Shown here piece by piece: positions 30,672 through 40,210 of a DNA stretch of 64,000 nucleotides. The DNA is from a virus. Lineage: Duplodnaviria > Caudoviricetes. Position numbers and translations under genes: made by a program. Numbering within the stretch: position 1 is the first letter of the stretch; each line of letters starts with the position of its first letter. Under the pieces are notes generated by a model. The model saw nothing but the letters and a program-made list of their open reading frames with translations. It searched no databases and was not told where the DNA came from. The stretch lies in IMG/VR virus record IMGVR_UViG_3300028833_000142, positions 1-64,000 of that record; one strand, written 5' to 3'.

Positions 30672-33397
30672 TAAATATATTTTTAACACTTTGGATAACA
30701 TGTTATTGTTTATTTGTAATATTAGATAATACACCATGTGATAATAATATAAGAAAAGCATTTTTATTTCTTACATCATTTGTAGTAAATACAGCAGCAA
30801 TAGCTGTTATATGGCATAGAGAATTAAATGCTTTAATAGGAGGTAATTAATGATAACTAAACAACAAACATTAGATACAAATAGCGAAAGAAACGCTTTA
30901 GCAATGGCTTTATACAATTTATGTGTAAGAAATAATATAAATCCACAAGATTTTATAAAAACAATGAAAGATACTCGTAAAAATATAAGGAAAAGACATG
31001 ATAATTAAAGAACAAATAGGTGAATGTTTATTAGATTGTATTCGTTCTCATTATTATGAAGGTGGATTTGACAATAAACAGAAATCATATTATAAACAAG
31101 ATAAATTGATATTTGAAACTGTTTGTGATGTATTCAATTTAGATAAACAAAAATGTCTGAAAGACCGTGGATATGAGGAAGAATAAATGCAATTTTATGT
31201 AATAAAGAAAAACAGATGGTTCGGTGCTGGTATATTAAATATAGGTCTTAAAAAATCTCATCATTATACCGACAGCGTTTTATCAGCAAAATATTATACG
31301 GATTTAAAAGAGGCAGAATATGCATTAAATTCTTACAAAGAAAACAATATATTACCTTTATATAAAGGTGAATGGAAGATAAAAAAATATGAAATTAGAG
31401 AGGTAAACAAAATATGAGTGTAAAAATATCTAAAAATAAAGAAAAAATAAAGGTTTTTGATATTTTTAATACAAATGAGGTTGTAGAGATAGAAGCTAAT
31501 CCTATTATTATAAATGAAAATAAAACATTTTTGTATTTATATCAAAGTCGTAATAAATTTTGGTATATATATGAGTTAACAACTGGATTAACAGCTTTTA
31601 GTAATAAAAAAAGAAAAGTTTGTATAGATTTCTTGGATAAGCAAGAAAATGTGGACTATATAAACCTTGTGGCTTCAGAAAAACCTACACTTGAAGAAGT
31701 ATGTAAAAACCGTATAGAATGGAATGATTTGTATAACGAATTTGTAACAATATTTTCTTTTAATCCACCAATAGACTTTTGGGGTTTAGATGTTATAAGA
31801 TTAGATTCGTTATTAAGAGTACCACAAGTGGATGGTGTAAGTACAAGTTCTTTTATCCTTAAACACTATGGTAAACGTGGGGTTGAAGTAGTTGAAAGAA
31901 TGTTAGAAATAGGGAGTAGAATATAATAATATGCGTACAGAAAAAGAAATAAAAGATAAAATAGCTAGTAAAGAAGAATATTTACAAAATCATTATTCTA
32001 GTTCTATAACAAATGAAGTGATAATGTTAAAAGCATTATTAGAGTCGACCGATGAAGAAAAAGAAAAATATTATAAATACGTTTTAGAAAAGGTAGAGCC
32101 GTATTATACATATGTACAAAGAAAAAACGCTGAAGATAAAGCGGATGAATTTTTCGCTAAAAATATAAGAGGTAAAAAAGAAAGTCCTAAAAAAGAAGCT
32201 TTGTTAAAACAATATGAAGAAATGAGACCCACTACATATACAGAGGGTTTATGGGCGGGGTATCGTGTAATGAAGTGGTATATAGAGGAAAATGATGAAT
32301 TTTATATATAGAAAGGATATAGTATGTTTTGGTTAATATTAAATTTATGGTTAATGGGTTTTATATTTTTAGGTTGTATTATTCAGTGCTTAGACTCAAC
32401 TTATAAAAACCTTCAAAATATAAATGATAACTTAGAAAGTATGCGCAAAGAATTAACTATTATCAGAAATAACGTGTATATACACGATAAATTTAACTTA
32501 TTAATATCCACATTAGATAGAATAGCAACTATTCTTGACAAAAAGATAAAATAGTGATATTATATAAGAAAAGGAGAAATAAAATGATAGCAATTACGTT
32601 AAGGTTTAGTATTAATGATTTTGAAGGAATAGAAGATGAAAACGAAGTCCAAAGTTTAGTAGATGAATTATCACCAGATGAATTACTATCAATGGCAAGA
32701 GGACCAGTAAATGTAGACGTAGAGGTAGATTAATGGAAGAAAATAAAGAAAGATTAACAGAAGAAGAAGAAGTAGACCAAAAAATTGCTGAAGCTAAAGA
32801 AAGAATTAAACAGCATGCCACAAAATACACAAAAGTGGTATATGGTGGAACCCCAGAGTTTACCTTGCAAATGTATAAAGCCAAAAAAGAACGTGCCCGT
32901 AAAAGAGCCAAAGTACAAAAGGCTAGTAAAAAAGCAAATAGGAAAAAGAAATAATGACTATACCGTTTGGTAAATATAAGGGCAAAAGTATACAGTGGGT
33001 TTATGATAACGATAAAAGTTATTATAAATGGTTAGAAGGTATACGGTTAAAAGAACCATTTGCTACAAAGTTTGCAGATTTTCATAATTCACTTCTTCAA
33101 AAAGAACGAGAAATAGAAAATGGACACGTATATAACGTCTTAGGTTTAATAGAAGAACTTATTAAAGATAATGATGATATATATGGTGTGAATGTACATT
33201 CTGTGGGGTTTGAATTTAGATTTAATGGTATATCTTTGGAAAATATTTTAAATAAACATTATAATCTTAGATATTATGATAATAATGGTATGGTAAATAT
33301 CGAGTTATCAAAAGAAAATTATGATGTATTGTATGAAGTAATGTATAAATATTGGACCGAAAAAGGTAAACCGTGGCAAGATAGAGGGTTATATTAG
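30668..33397 (+). other. Run of small hypothetical genes (30668, 30998, 31187, 31414, 31931, 32324, 32733, 32954, plus short unlisted ORFs near 30850 and 32584)
   Basis: Tightly packed with RBSs. 32954 starts IPFGKYKGK (DUF3820-like); 32733 has a basic tail. Confidence 0.6.
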
Positions 33398-33408
33398 AAA
33401 GGTAAATT

Positions 33409-34050
33409 ATGACAGATAAAAAACAAATTATTGCATTTATGGGATTAAAAACGTGTGGCAAGGACTATAATAGTCAACCATATATAAATATTGGGTATAA
33501 AAAAATAGCATTAGCAGACCCATTGCGTGAAATAGCTTGGAATATATTGGGGTATAATCCAGAAGAAATAGGTAATATACCATATAATGATTTTAAAAAC
33601 TGTAATTTATCAGCAGAGGTAAAACATAATTTTATGGGTTTATTACCCTATTATACCGATGTTAAAATAACATCAATTAGAAAAATTTTACAAAATATAG
33701 GCACCGAATTTAAACGCTTATTTGGTACAGATTACTGGTGTAATTTGTGGTATGACTCGGTGGTAAAAAGTGGTGAGAATGTTGTTCTTACAGATTTAAG
33801 ATTTCCCAACGAAGTCAAAAAAGTCTTAGAGTTAAAAAACGTAGGTTATAATGTTACGTTTATGTGGTGTCAATATGAAAAAGCTGATTATGATAAAATT
33901 TTAGCTGATAAACACGAAAGCGAATTGTTAAATCAATTTATATACTACAACCGTGATAAATATAGACTACACGATGGTTGTATTATAAAAGAAGATGTTT
34001 TAAAAAGAATTTTAGAAGATTTTGAAAAGACAAAAAAGTTTAGTTTTTAG
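33409..34050 (+). CDS. Deoxynucleoside monophosphate kinase
   Basis: GLKTCGKD, LADPLRE, RKILQNIGTE, VVLTDLRFPNE. Confidence 0.85.
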   Translation: MTDKKQIIAFMGLKTCGKDYNSQPYINIGYKKIALADPLREIAWNILGYNPEEIGNIPYNDFKNCNLSAEVKHNFMGLLPYYTDVKITSIRKILQNIGTEFKRLFGTDYWCNLWYDSVVKSGENVVLTDLRFPNEVKKVLELKNVGYNVTFMWCQYEKADYDKILADKHESELLNQFIYYNRDKYRLHDGCIIKEDVLKRILEDFEKTKKFSF

Positions 34051-34056
34051 TATATG

Positions 34057-34201
34057 TTTACTTTTATATTAACCTGTGCTAATATAGAAGTGAACATTAA
34101 TAAGGTATTTGTATAAAAACAATTAAATAGAAAATATAATTTATAACTCTCTGTATTAATATCTTTAGATACTTTGTTAATGTTCAACAGAGAGTTTTTT
34201 T
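34057..34201 (+). ncRNA. Putative small RNA with its own promoter and terminator, containing inverted CRISPR-repeat-like segments
   Basis: TTTACT-17-TAATAT promoter (34057-34085); 34091-34114 is complementary to 34164-34188; AACTCTCTG/CAGAGAGTT stem followed by a T-run. Confidence 0.5.
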
Positions 34202-34244
34202 ATGGGAGGTGCATATTTATTACCACAAAATAATAAAAGAATTA

Positions 34245-34273
34245 TTGACAAATAATATTTTTTATGATATGTT
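34245..34273 (+). promoter_or_regulatory. dnaE promoter
   Basis: TTGACA-17-TATGTT with TG extension. Confidence 0.65.
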
Positions 34274-34290
34274 ATATTTGGAGGTAAAAA

Positions 34291-37200
34291 ATGTCAAATT
34301 ATATATCTTTTCATAATCATGATTGTTTAGGTAGTTTACTTGATAGCTCTTTAAAGTTGAAAGACTTGGTAAATTGGGCTAAGGCTAATAATATGAAGGC
34401 TGTAGGTGTTACTAACCATGGTTACTTAACTTCGTCTATAAAACTATTAGACTTATGTAAAAAGGCAGATATTAAACCGCTAATAGGAATAGAGTTTTAT
34501 GTTACAGAAAATAAAGTAGATGGAAACGGCAAAAAAATAAGAGACAATCACCATTTATGTGCAATTGCTAAAAATTCTAACGGGTATCATAATTTAATCA
34601 AATTACATAATTTAAGCTTTCGAGAAGAGAGGTTTTATTATGATGGTCGTATAACTTTAGAAGATTTAGAGAAGCATAAAGAAGATTTAATTATAACTTC
34701 TGCTTGTATAGGTAGTGTTCTTGGGAAACAATTTACCTCTGGTAATTTAGATGTAGCTGAAAACAAGCTTGTTACTCTTTATAATATGTTTGGTGAAGAT
34801 TTTTACCTTGAACTTCAAAACCACAATTCTTTTAATAAAGAATGGCAAAAACAGCAAGAGGACTATAATGAATGGTTAATAAAAATGGGAAAAAAATACG
34901 GTATAAAATGTATAGTGCAACAAGATAGCCATTATTATAGAAAGGAAGATTGGAAGGCTCATCAAGTTCTATTGTGTAAAAATACTGGTTCCAAATTAAG
35001 TAAGCCTACGTTTCAATTTGACTCTCATGAATATTATTTAAAAAATGAAGCAGAAATGCTCGAAACTTTTGCTAAATACCCACTTCCTTTTATAGAAGGG
35101 TGTTTTAAACACACTAGCGAAATTGCTGATAAAGTAGAGGTTTTCAATATAGAGAATGAACATTATTCTATGCCTACTTTTGGTGAAAAAAAAGAAGTAA
35201 GTCGTAAATTGAGGGATTTAGTAAAGGCTGGCTTTATTAAGAGATTTGGTTCATTAAATTATAAAAAAGAATATATCGACAGAATAAAATACGAACTTGA
35301 AGTTATAGAAAAAATGAATATGCAAGATTATATATATTTACTTTGGGATATATATGAATTTGCTAAAAAAAATGGTATATATAGAGCAGTAGGTCGTGGG
35401 TCAATGGGGGCTAGTTTAGTTCTTTATTGTCTTGATATTGTGCAAATAAACCCTATGGAATACAATTTAATGTTTGAAAGATTTCTTTCACCCGACCGAA
35501 TTTCGTGCTGCGATTGTGATTCAGATTGGGCACCAGACGATAAAGCAAGAATAGAGCAGTATTTGAGGGATAAATATGGCGAAGACAAGGTGTGTGGAAT
35601 AGCTACGTATGTTGAACTTACTGCAAAAAGTTCCTTTAAAGCCGTTACAAGTGCAATGGAAGTTCCATTTGCGTTGGCTAATAAAATAACTTCTTTAATG
35701 GACCCTAATTTAACTCTTGAAGAAAATATAGAGGACAATGAAGCCTTACAAAAAGAGATAAAAAACAACAATTTAGAAGAAGTAATCAATATATCAAAGG
35801 TGCTAGAGGGCACTTTCTCTGCTCAGTCTGTTCACCCTTGTGCTAATGTTATATTTCCAGATAATTTCGATAATTTATGTCCTGTTATATCTGTAAAAGA
35901 CCCAAGTGGCAAAAAAGATAGAGTTTTTGTTACTTCATACGATATGAAAGAAGTAGACGGTAAACTTAAATTTTTAAAAATGGATGAGTTGGGACTTGCT
36001 TGTCTACAAACAATAAGAGAAACAGATAAATTAATAACCGAAAGGAATGGTATAAAGATAAATTTTCACAATTTACCACTAGATGACAAAAAGGTTTATG
36101 AAACATTGGGGAATGGTGAAAGTTTTGGCGTATTTCAAATGGAAAGCCAAATGTTTAAGTCTTTATTAAAGTCGGTTAAACCAAAGAATTTAGAAGATTT
36201 AACAGTTATAACTGCTATCGGTAGACCTTCAGCTTTACAAAGTGGAATGACAGAGCAATACAAATTAATAAGAAACGGTAAAGCAGAACCAGAATATATT
36301 ATTCCAGAGTTAGAAGAGCCATTAAAAGATACTTATGGATTAATGATATTTCAAGAAACAATGATGTTGACATTAAAATACTATGCAGGGTTCTCAAATT
36401 CTCAAGCAGATTTTGCAAGAAAAATATGTGGTAAAAAATTAAAGGATAAAATTCCAGAATTAAAAGAATTGTATTTGGAAGGCTGTAAAAAGATGAATAG
36501 GGATTTAGAACAAGCAGAGGATTTATTCGAGAAAATACAACAATTTGCTTCATATTCTTTTAGTAAGATACATGGTGTTCTTTATAGCTATATGTCTTAT
36601 GCTACAGCTTGGTACAAGGTCAACTATCCCCTCGAATATATGTGTGCTTTATTAAATGCCAATTCAGATGACCTAGATAAACTCAACCTATATATAAACG
36701 AGTGTTATCGCTTAGGCATACGTGTTACACCCCCCGATGTTAACGACTCAGGTAAAGATTTCCAAATAAACGAAAGTGGTGAACTTGTGTTCGGTTTATC
36801 TGCTATTAAAGGTTTGGGTAAAGCCGTTGTAAACGATATTATAAGAGCAAGAAGTAATAAAAAATTTATATCAATTGAAGATTTTATAGAAAGGGTAAAC
36901 AAAGCAGATAAAGGTAGTATACAAGCACTTTTACGGGTTGGTGCTTTTAATAAATTGGTAAAATACCCTAAACGTTGGGATTTACTATGTGATTATATCA
37001 ACGATGCTAAAAACTCTAAATATTATATAGATACAGAAAATTTAGAGCAAGCGGTATACCACGTGGTTGGCACCAAAGCAGGTAAAAAGAGTGATAAATA
37101 TATAGAAATCCAAGAAGAAAAACGAGGTTTAAAATCAAGTAGACAAGATAAATTATATAGAGAAGAACTAAACAAAAAACAAGATGACCTTTTAGAGTAT

Positions 37201-37896
37201 TATATTGATGTAGTTAAAAGACAATTTTTAAAAGCTACAACATATAAACCTGCTGAAAAAATACAAAACGAACAAGAACTTATGGGGTTTAATATATCTA
37301 CAAATCCTTATAAACGTTGGGATTTATTTAAGAAATACTATACACGTGCCTTAGAAGGCGGTATACCGTATGTTGAATTAAATGAATTAGTTGATGATTT
37401 TGAAAAATTTGTTGACTTAAAAAGCTTTAATACCGTTGGTTTACTTACAGATGTTAAGGAATTAAAAACTAAAAAAGGTCAAAAAATGGCTAAATTAACT
37501 TTCGAGTATTTTGGTAGTAAAACAACCATAACAGTATTCCCAAATGATTGGGAGAATGATTTAGAATTTAAACTTCAAAAAGGTAATATGGTATCTATAA
37601 CTGGATATTTGGTAGAAACAAATAAACAATATAGTGATGACGATTACGAAATCAGATTTACTTCTATGCGTCAATTAAATGTTTTAATAAACGAAAACAA
37701 TAAATGTATTATAGACATAAAGAACAAAAATGTTGAAGATGTAAATTTTGCTGTTAAGAAATTAGCATATAGTGAAAAATCTGATAATTTGCCAGTTGAA
37801 AGAGTTGTAATATATAAGAAAGATGATAAAATGCTTGTATTACAAGGTGTTTTATGGATAAACAATCCAGATAAACTTTTAAATTATTTGAGGTAA
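34291..37896 (+). CDS. dnaE: DNA polymerase III alpha subunit (family C, PHP domain)
   Basis: PHP HNH...SLLDS, TNHG, GIEFYV; GRGSMGASLV.Y.LDI; FERFLSPDR; KMDELGL; FQMES; YGLMIFQE; YSFSKIH; FGLSAIKGLG; C-terminal OB fold. Confidence 0.95.
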   Translation: MSNYISFHNHDCLGSLLDSSLKLKDLVNWAKANNMKAVGVTNHGYLTSSIKLLDLCKKADIKPLIGIEFYVTENKVDGNGKKIRDNHHLCAIAKNSNGYHNLIKLHNLSFREERFYYDGRITLEDLEKHKEDLIITSACIGSVLGKQFTSGNLDVAENKLVTLYNMFGEDFYLELQNHNSFNKEWQKQQEDYNEWLIKMGKKYGIKCIVQQDSHYYRKEDWKAHQVLLCKNTGSKLSKPTFQFDSHEYYLKNEAEMLETFAKYPLPFIEGCFKHTSEIADKVEVFNIENEHYSMPTFGEKKEVSRKLRDLVKAGFIKRFGSLNYKKEYIDRIKYELEVIEKMNMQDYIYLLWDIYEFAKKNGIYRAVGRGSMGASLVLYCLDIVQINPMEYNLMFERFLSPDRISCCDCDSDWAPDDKARIEQYLRDKYGEDKVCGIATYVELTAKSSFKAVTSAMEVPFALANKITSLMDPNLTLEENIEDNEALQKEIKNNNLEEVINISKVLEGTFSAQSVHPCANVIFPDNFDNLCPVISVKDPSGKKDRVFVTSYDMKEVDGKLKFLKMDELGLACLQTIRETDKLITERNGIKINFHNLPLDDKKVYETLGNGESFGVFQMESQMFKSLLKSVKPKNLEDLTVITAIGRPSALQSGMTEQYKLIRNGKAEPEYIIPELEEPLKDTYGLMIFQETMMLTLKYYAGFSNSQADFARKICGKKLKDKIPELKELYLEGCKKMNRDLEQAEDLFEKIQQFASYSFSKIHGVLYSYMSYATAWYKVNYPLEYMCALLNANSDDLDKLNLYINECYRLGIRVTPPDVNDSGKDFQINESGELVFGLSAIKGLGKAVVNDIIRARSNKKFISIEDFIERVNKADKGSIQALLRVGAFNKLVKYPKRWDLLCDYINDAKNSKYYIDTENLEQAVYHVVGTKAGKKSDKYIEIQEEKRGLKSSRQDKLYREELNKKQDDLLEYYIDVVKRQFLKATTYKPAEKIQNEQELMGFNISTNPYKRWDLFKKYYTRALEGGIPYVELNELVDDFEKFVDLKSFNTVGLLTDVKELKTKKGQKMAKLTFEYFGSKTTITVFPNDWENDLEFKLQKGNMVSITGYLVETNKQYSDDDYEIRFTSMRQLNVLINENNKCIIDIKNKNVEDVNFAVKKLAYSEKSDNLPVERVVIYKKDDKMLVLQGVLWINNPDKLLNYLR

Positions 37897-37925
37897 GTCT
37901 AAAATAAAATTGTCACTAAAAATAC

Positions 37926-37989
37926 TTGACAAAATTGTTAAGATGTGTTACAATGTATATAGATAAATTTGTACATTAAAAATTTAATA
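37926..37989 (+). promoter_or_regulatory. Strong promoter plus boxA-like antitermination leader
   Basis: TTGACA-17-TACAAT, then TTGTACATTAAAAATTTAATA (20/21 identical to 60178-60198). Confidence 0.7.
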
Positions 37990-37990
37990 T

Positions 37991-38082
37991 CCCAACCTAG
38001 TTTAACAAATCAAAATACCGTATAAGTTTACTAAGTGCTTATACAAGATGGTGAACGTGGTGAGAGTCCACGGGGAGGGTCA
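37991..38082 (+). ncRNA. tRNA-like RNA (non-canonical; no assignable anticodon)
   Basis: Acceptor CCCAACC/GGGAGGG (5 of 7 pairs); TAGTTTAA...AAAAT D-arm; perfect T-arm CGTGG-TGAGAGT-CCACG; anticodon arm expanded. Confidence 0.55.
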
Positions 38083-38097
38083 TATATCGAAATGACT

Positions 38098-38211
38098 TGT
38101 CTGGAAAAATTCATGGTCTTTGACGGTAGAGCTATACCGTGTGTTGGATGTACAGGGTGTATACGTTTTAGATAGTAGCTAATATATAAAACTAGAGATG
38201 CACTCTGGACA
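38098..38211 (+). ncRNA. Putative structured RNA (multi-hairpin junction)
   Basis: Closing stem TGTCTGGA/TCTGGACA (with G-U pairs) enclosing ACGGTA/TACCGT, GTTTTA/TAAAAC and AGAG/CTCT hairpins. Confidence 0.4.
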
Positions 38212-38233
38212 TTGAAAAAAAGAAAGGTAAACG

Positions 38234-38410
38234 ATGAAAATATATAACGAAAAGTTAAAAAGAAATATTGTGGTATTTAATGAGTATAAATTAAATGGTG
38301 CAACTGCTTGCCCCGAATGTCACAGAATCTTTAAAGAATACGATATTAAAAATTTAGAAGAACGTGGTAAAATAAGTTGTGTAAAATGTGGTGCAAAACT
38401 TAAAAAATAA
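38234..38410 (+). CDS. Small Zn-ribbon protein (58 aa; absent from the ORF track)
   Basis: RBS GAAAGGT; CPEC...CVKC. Confidence 0.7.
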   Translation: MKIYNEKLKRNIVVFNEYKLNGATACPECHRIFKEYDIKNLEERGKISCVKCGAKLKK

Positions 38411-38416
38411 TTGAAT

Positions 38417-38593
38417 AGTGGTGGGACACAGGTCGTAGAACATAATGAGGTTTAGCTCGGATGCAATGTGTTCATTACATAAAGGCACCTGTATGTATTT
38501 ACTTCCTAGGGGTAATACACGGTATAGCTATATACTCGGTCATAGACCTTACAGCGTGGTAATAAACTGAAATAGCACCTCTTCGGAGGTTTT
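38417..38593 (+). ncRNA. Putative structured RNA ending in a UUCG hairpin and U-run
   Basis: ACAGGT/ACCTGT, GAACAT/GTGTTC, GGTC/GACC and CCTC-TTCG-GAGG-TTTT; GC-richer than its flanks and non-coding. Confidence 0.45.
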
Positions 38594-38613
38594 ATAGAAA
38601 GAAAGTTAATTTA

Positions 38614-39182
38614 ATGGATAAAGAAGAGTATGGTAAAAGCGGTATATATTTCACCGCAGATTTGCATATAGGACATAAAAATATATTAAGATTATCTAAT
38701 AGACCTTTTGGTGATATAGACCATCATGATGATACAATTATAGATAATTATAATTCAATAGTTTCAAGTAATGATGTCTGTTATATTTTGGGCGATATAT
38801 CTTGGAATCAAAGTTATGAAACATATAAATCAATCTTTAATAGATTGAATGGTAAAAAATTTATAATCTTAGGAAATCATGACAATAAACAAAATCTTAT
38901 TAGATGTCAAAAAGAAGGTTTAATAGAAAGTGTTAAAGAAAGCCAAATATTGCAAATAGGTAATGATAGAATATTTTATCACATTTCCCTTATCGTGAAT
39001 GGTCTGGGTTTTACAAAGGTTCATACCATGTTTATGGACATGTTCATTGTACACTTCCAGATTATAAACAAAGTACAGATTGTGGCGTAGACGCTTGGGA
39101 ATATGGACCAGTTTCTTGGGAAGAAATCAAAGAATATATAAACCTTAATTGTGAACCTAATGTTGTAAATGAAGAGAGATAG
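38614..39182 (+). pseudogene. Calcineurin-like metallophosphoesterase interrupted by a one-base frameshift at TTTT 38974-38977
   Basis: DLHIGH, LGD and GNHD lie in the first frame; the expected SHFP..EW...HVYGHVH...DCGVDAW continues in the shifted frame to TAG at 39180-39182. Confidence 0.8.
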
Positions 39183-39211
39183 ACAGTATTATACAACAGC
39201 AGGTATATAGG

Positions 39212-39838
39212 ATGAGAAAAAAGAAAAAAACAAATGAACAGTTGATTTATGAATATCAACAAGAGCAGAATCCAGTCAAAAAGAAAAAAATTGCAGATGA
39301 ATTATATAGAAAAATCTTTAGACTTGTTGCCAAATATGCGGGTACATTCCCAAATATAGCCTATGGTACACAAGAAGATTTAATACAAGAGGCTAGTTTA
39401 ATTTTTATGCGTTGTATAAATAAATTTGATGTTACTAAAAACCTAAAGTTTTCAACTTATTTAGGTAAGGCTTGTAAATATGAACTTAGGCGTTACAAAG
39501 ATAAACAAAGGAAACATATAGACAATAGTTATTATTTAGAAATAGATGAAATTATACGAGCTAAAACGCAAGACGTAGATGAATTTATTGACGATATAAA
39601 TGATTGGAATAAAGTACAAAAGATTGTGGTAGATTTATATAAAAATGAACAGATAACACAAAAACAATTTGAAACTATAATAGATGTGCATGGTTTTCTT
39701 GGAAGAGATAAAAAAACAAGAAAAGAAATTGCAGATGAAAAGGGTTGTTCATTACAGAATATAGGGTTTTTATATCGTAAAGCATTAAATAAAATCCGAG
39801 AAGAATTAATAAAACAAAATGTAGAATATGTTATTTAG
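39212..39838 (+). CDS. Phage-encoded sigma70-family RNA polymerase sigma factor
   Basis: Region 2 EDLIQEA...INKFD...KFSTY; region 4 HTH KTRKEIADEKGCSLQNI...KALNKIR. Confidence 0.85.
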   Translation: MRKKKKTNEQLIYEYQQEQNPVKKKKIADELYRKIFRLVAKYAGTFPNIAYGTQEDLIQEASLIFMRCINKFDVTKNLKFSTYLGKACKYELRRYKDKQRKHIDNSYYLEIDEIIRAKTQDVDEFIDDINDWNKVQKIVVDLYKNEQITQKQFETIIDVHGFLGRDKKTRKEIADEKGCSLQNIGFLYRKALNKIREELIKQNVEYVI

Positions 39839-39854
39839 AAATGGAGATTAACAA

Positions 39855-40097
39855 ATGGGAAAATTTGTAGACAGAGCTAGACAGGCTGTAGCTGGTGCAA
39901 AAGAAGTTATTGCAAAAATTGACCTTAAAAAAGATAAGGTTATTATTGAGCTTTCAGAAAAAGTAGTTAAGTTAGAAGAATTAGTTGCTAAACTTTCTAA
40001 GGTAATCGAAAAATTACAATCTAAAGAAGATAAAAAGGCTGATAAAAAGGCTGATAAACAAGAAGCTGATAAAAAAGAAGATAAAAAAGCCGAGTAG
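39855..40097 (+). CDS. Small coiled-coil protein with a KKAD-repeat tail
   Basis: RBS GGAG; low-complexity C-terminus. Confidence 0.6.
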   Translation: MGKFVDRARQAVAGAKEVIAKIDLKKDKVIIELSEKVVKLEELVAKLSKVIEKLQSKEDKKADKKADKQEADKKEDKKAE

Positions 40098-40116
40098 TTT
40101 AAACTACCCTAAACAA

Positions 40117-40150
40117 TAGGGTGTACCTTTGTGGTATACCCTATTTTTTT
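40117..40150 (+). terminator. Rho-independent terminator
   Basis: TAGGGTGTACC-TTTGT-GGTATACCCTA followed by a T-run. Confidence 0.75.
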
Positions 40151-40210
40151 CTTAAATTTGACATTTAAAATAGTTTGTAGTAATATTGTTGTAGAGAAAA
40201 GGAGATAAAA

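Noticed and set aside
37991-38082. Functional canonical tRNA or tmRNA
   Set aside because: There is no 7-nt anticodon loop, TTC T-loop, CCA end or tag ORF, so it is reported only as tRNA-like.
37991-38593. Group I intron or known small ribozyme
   Set aside because: No P7/R-S core and no interrupted host gene. A hammerhead-like TAATGAG..CTC lacks the CUGANGA/GAAA core.
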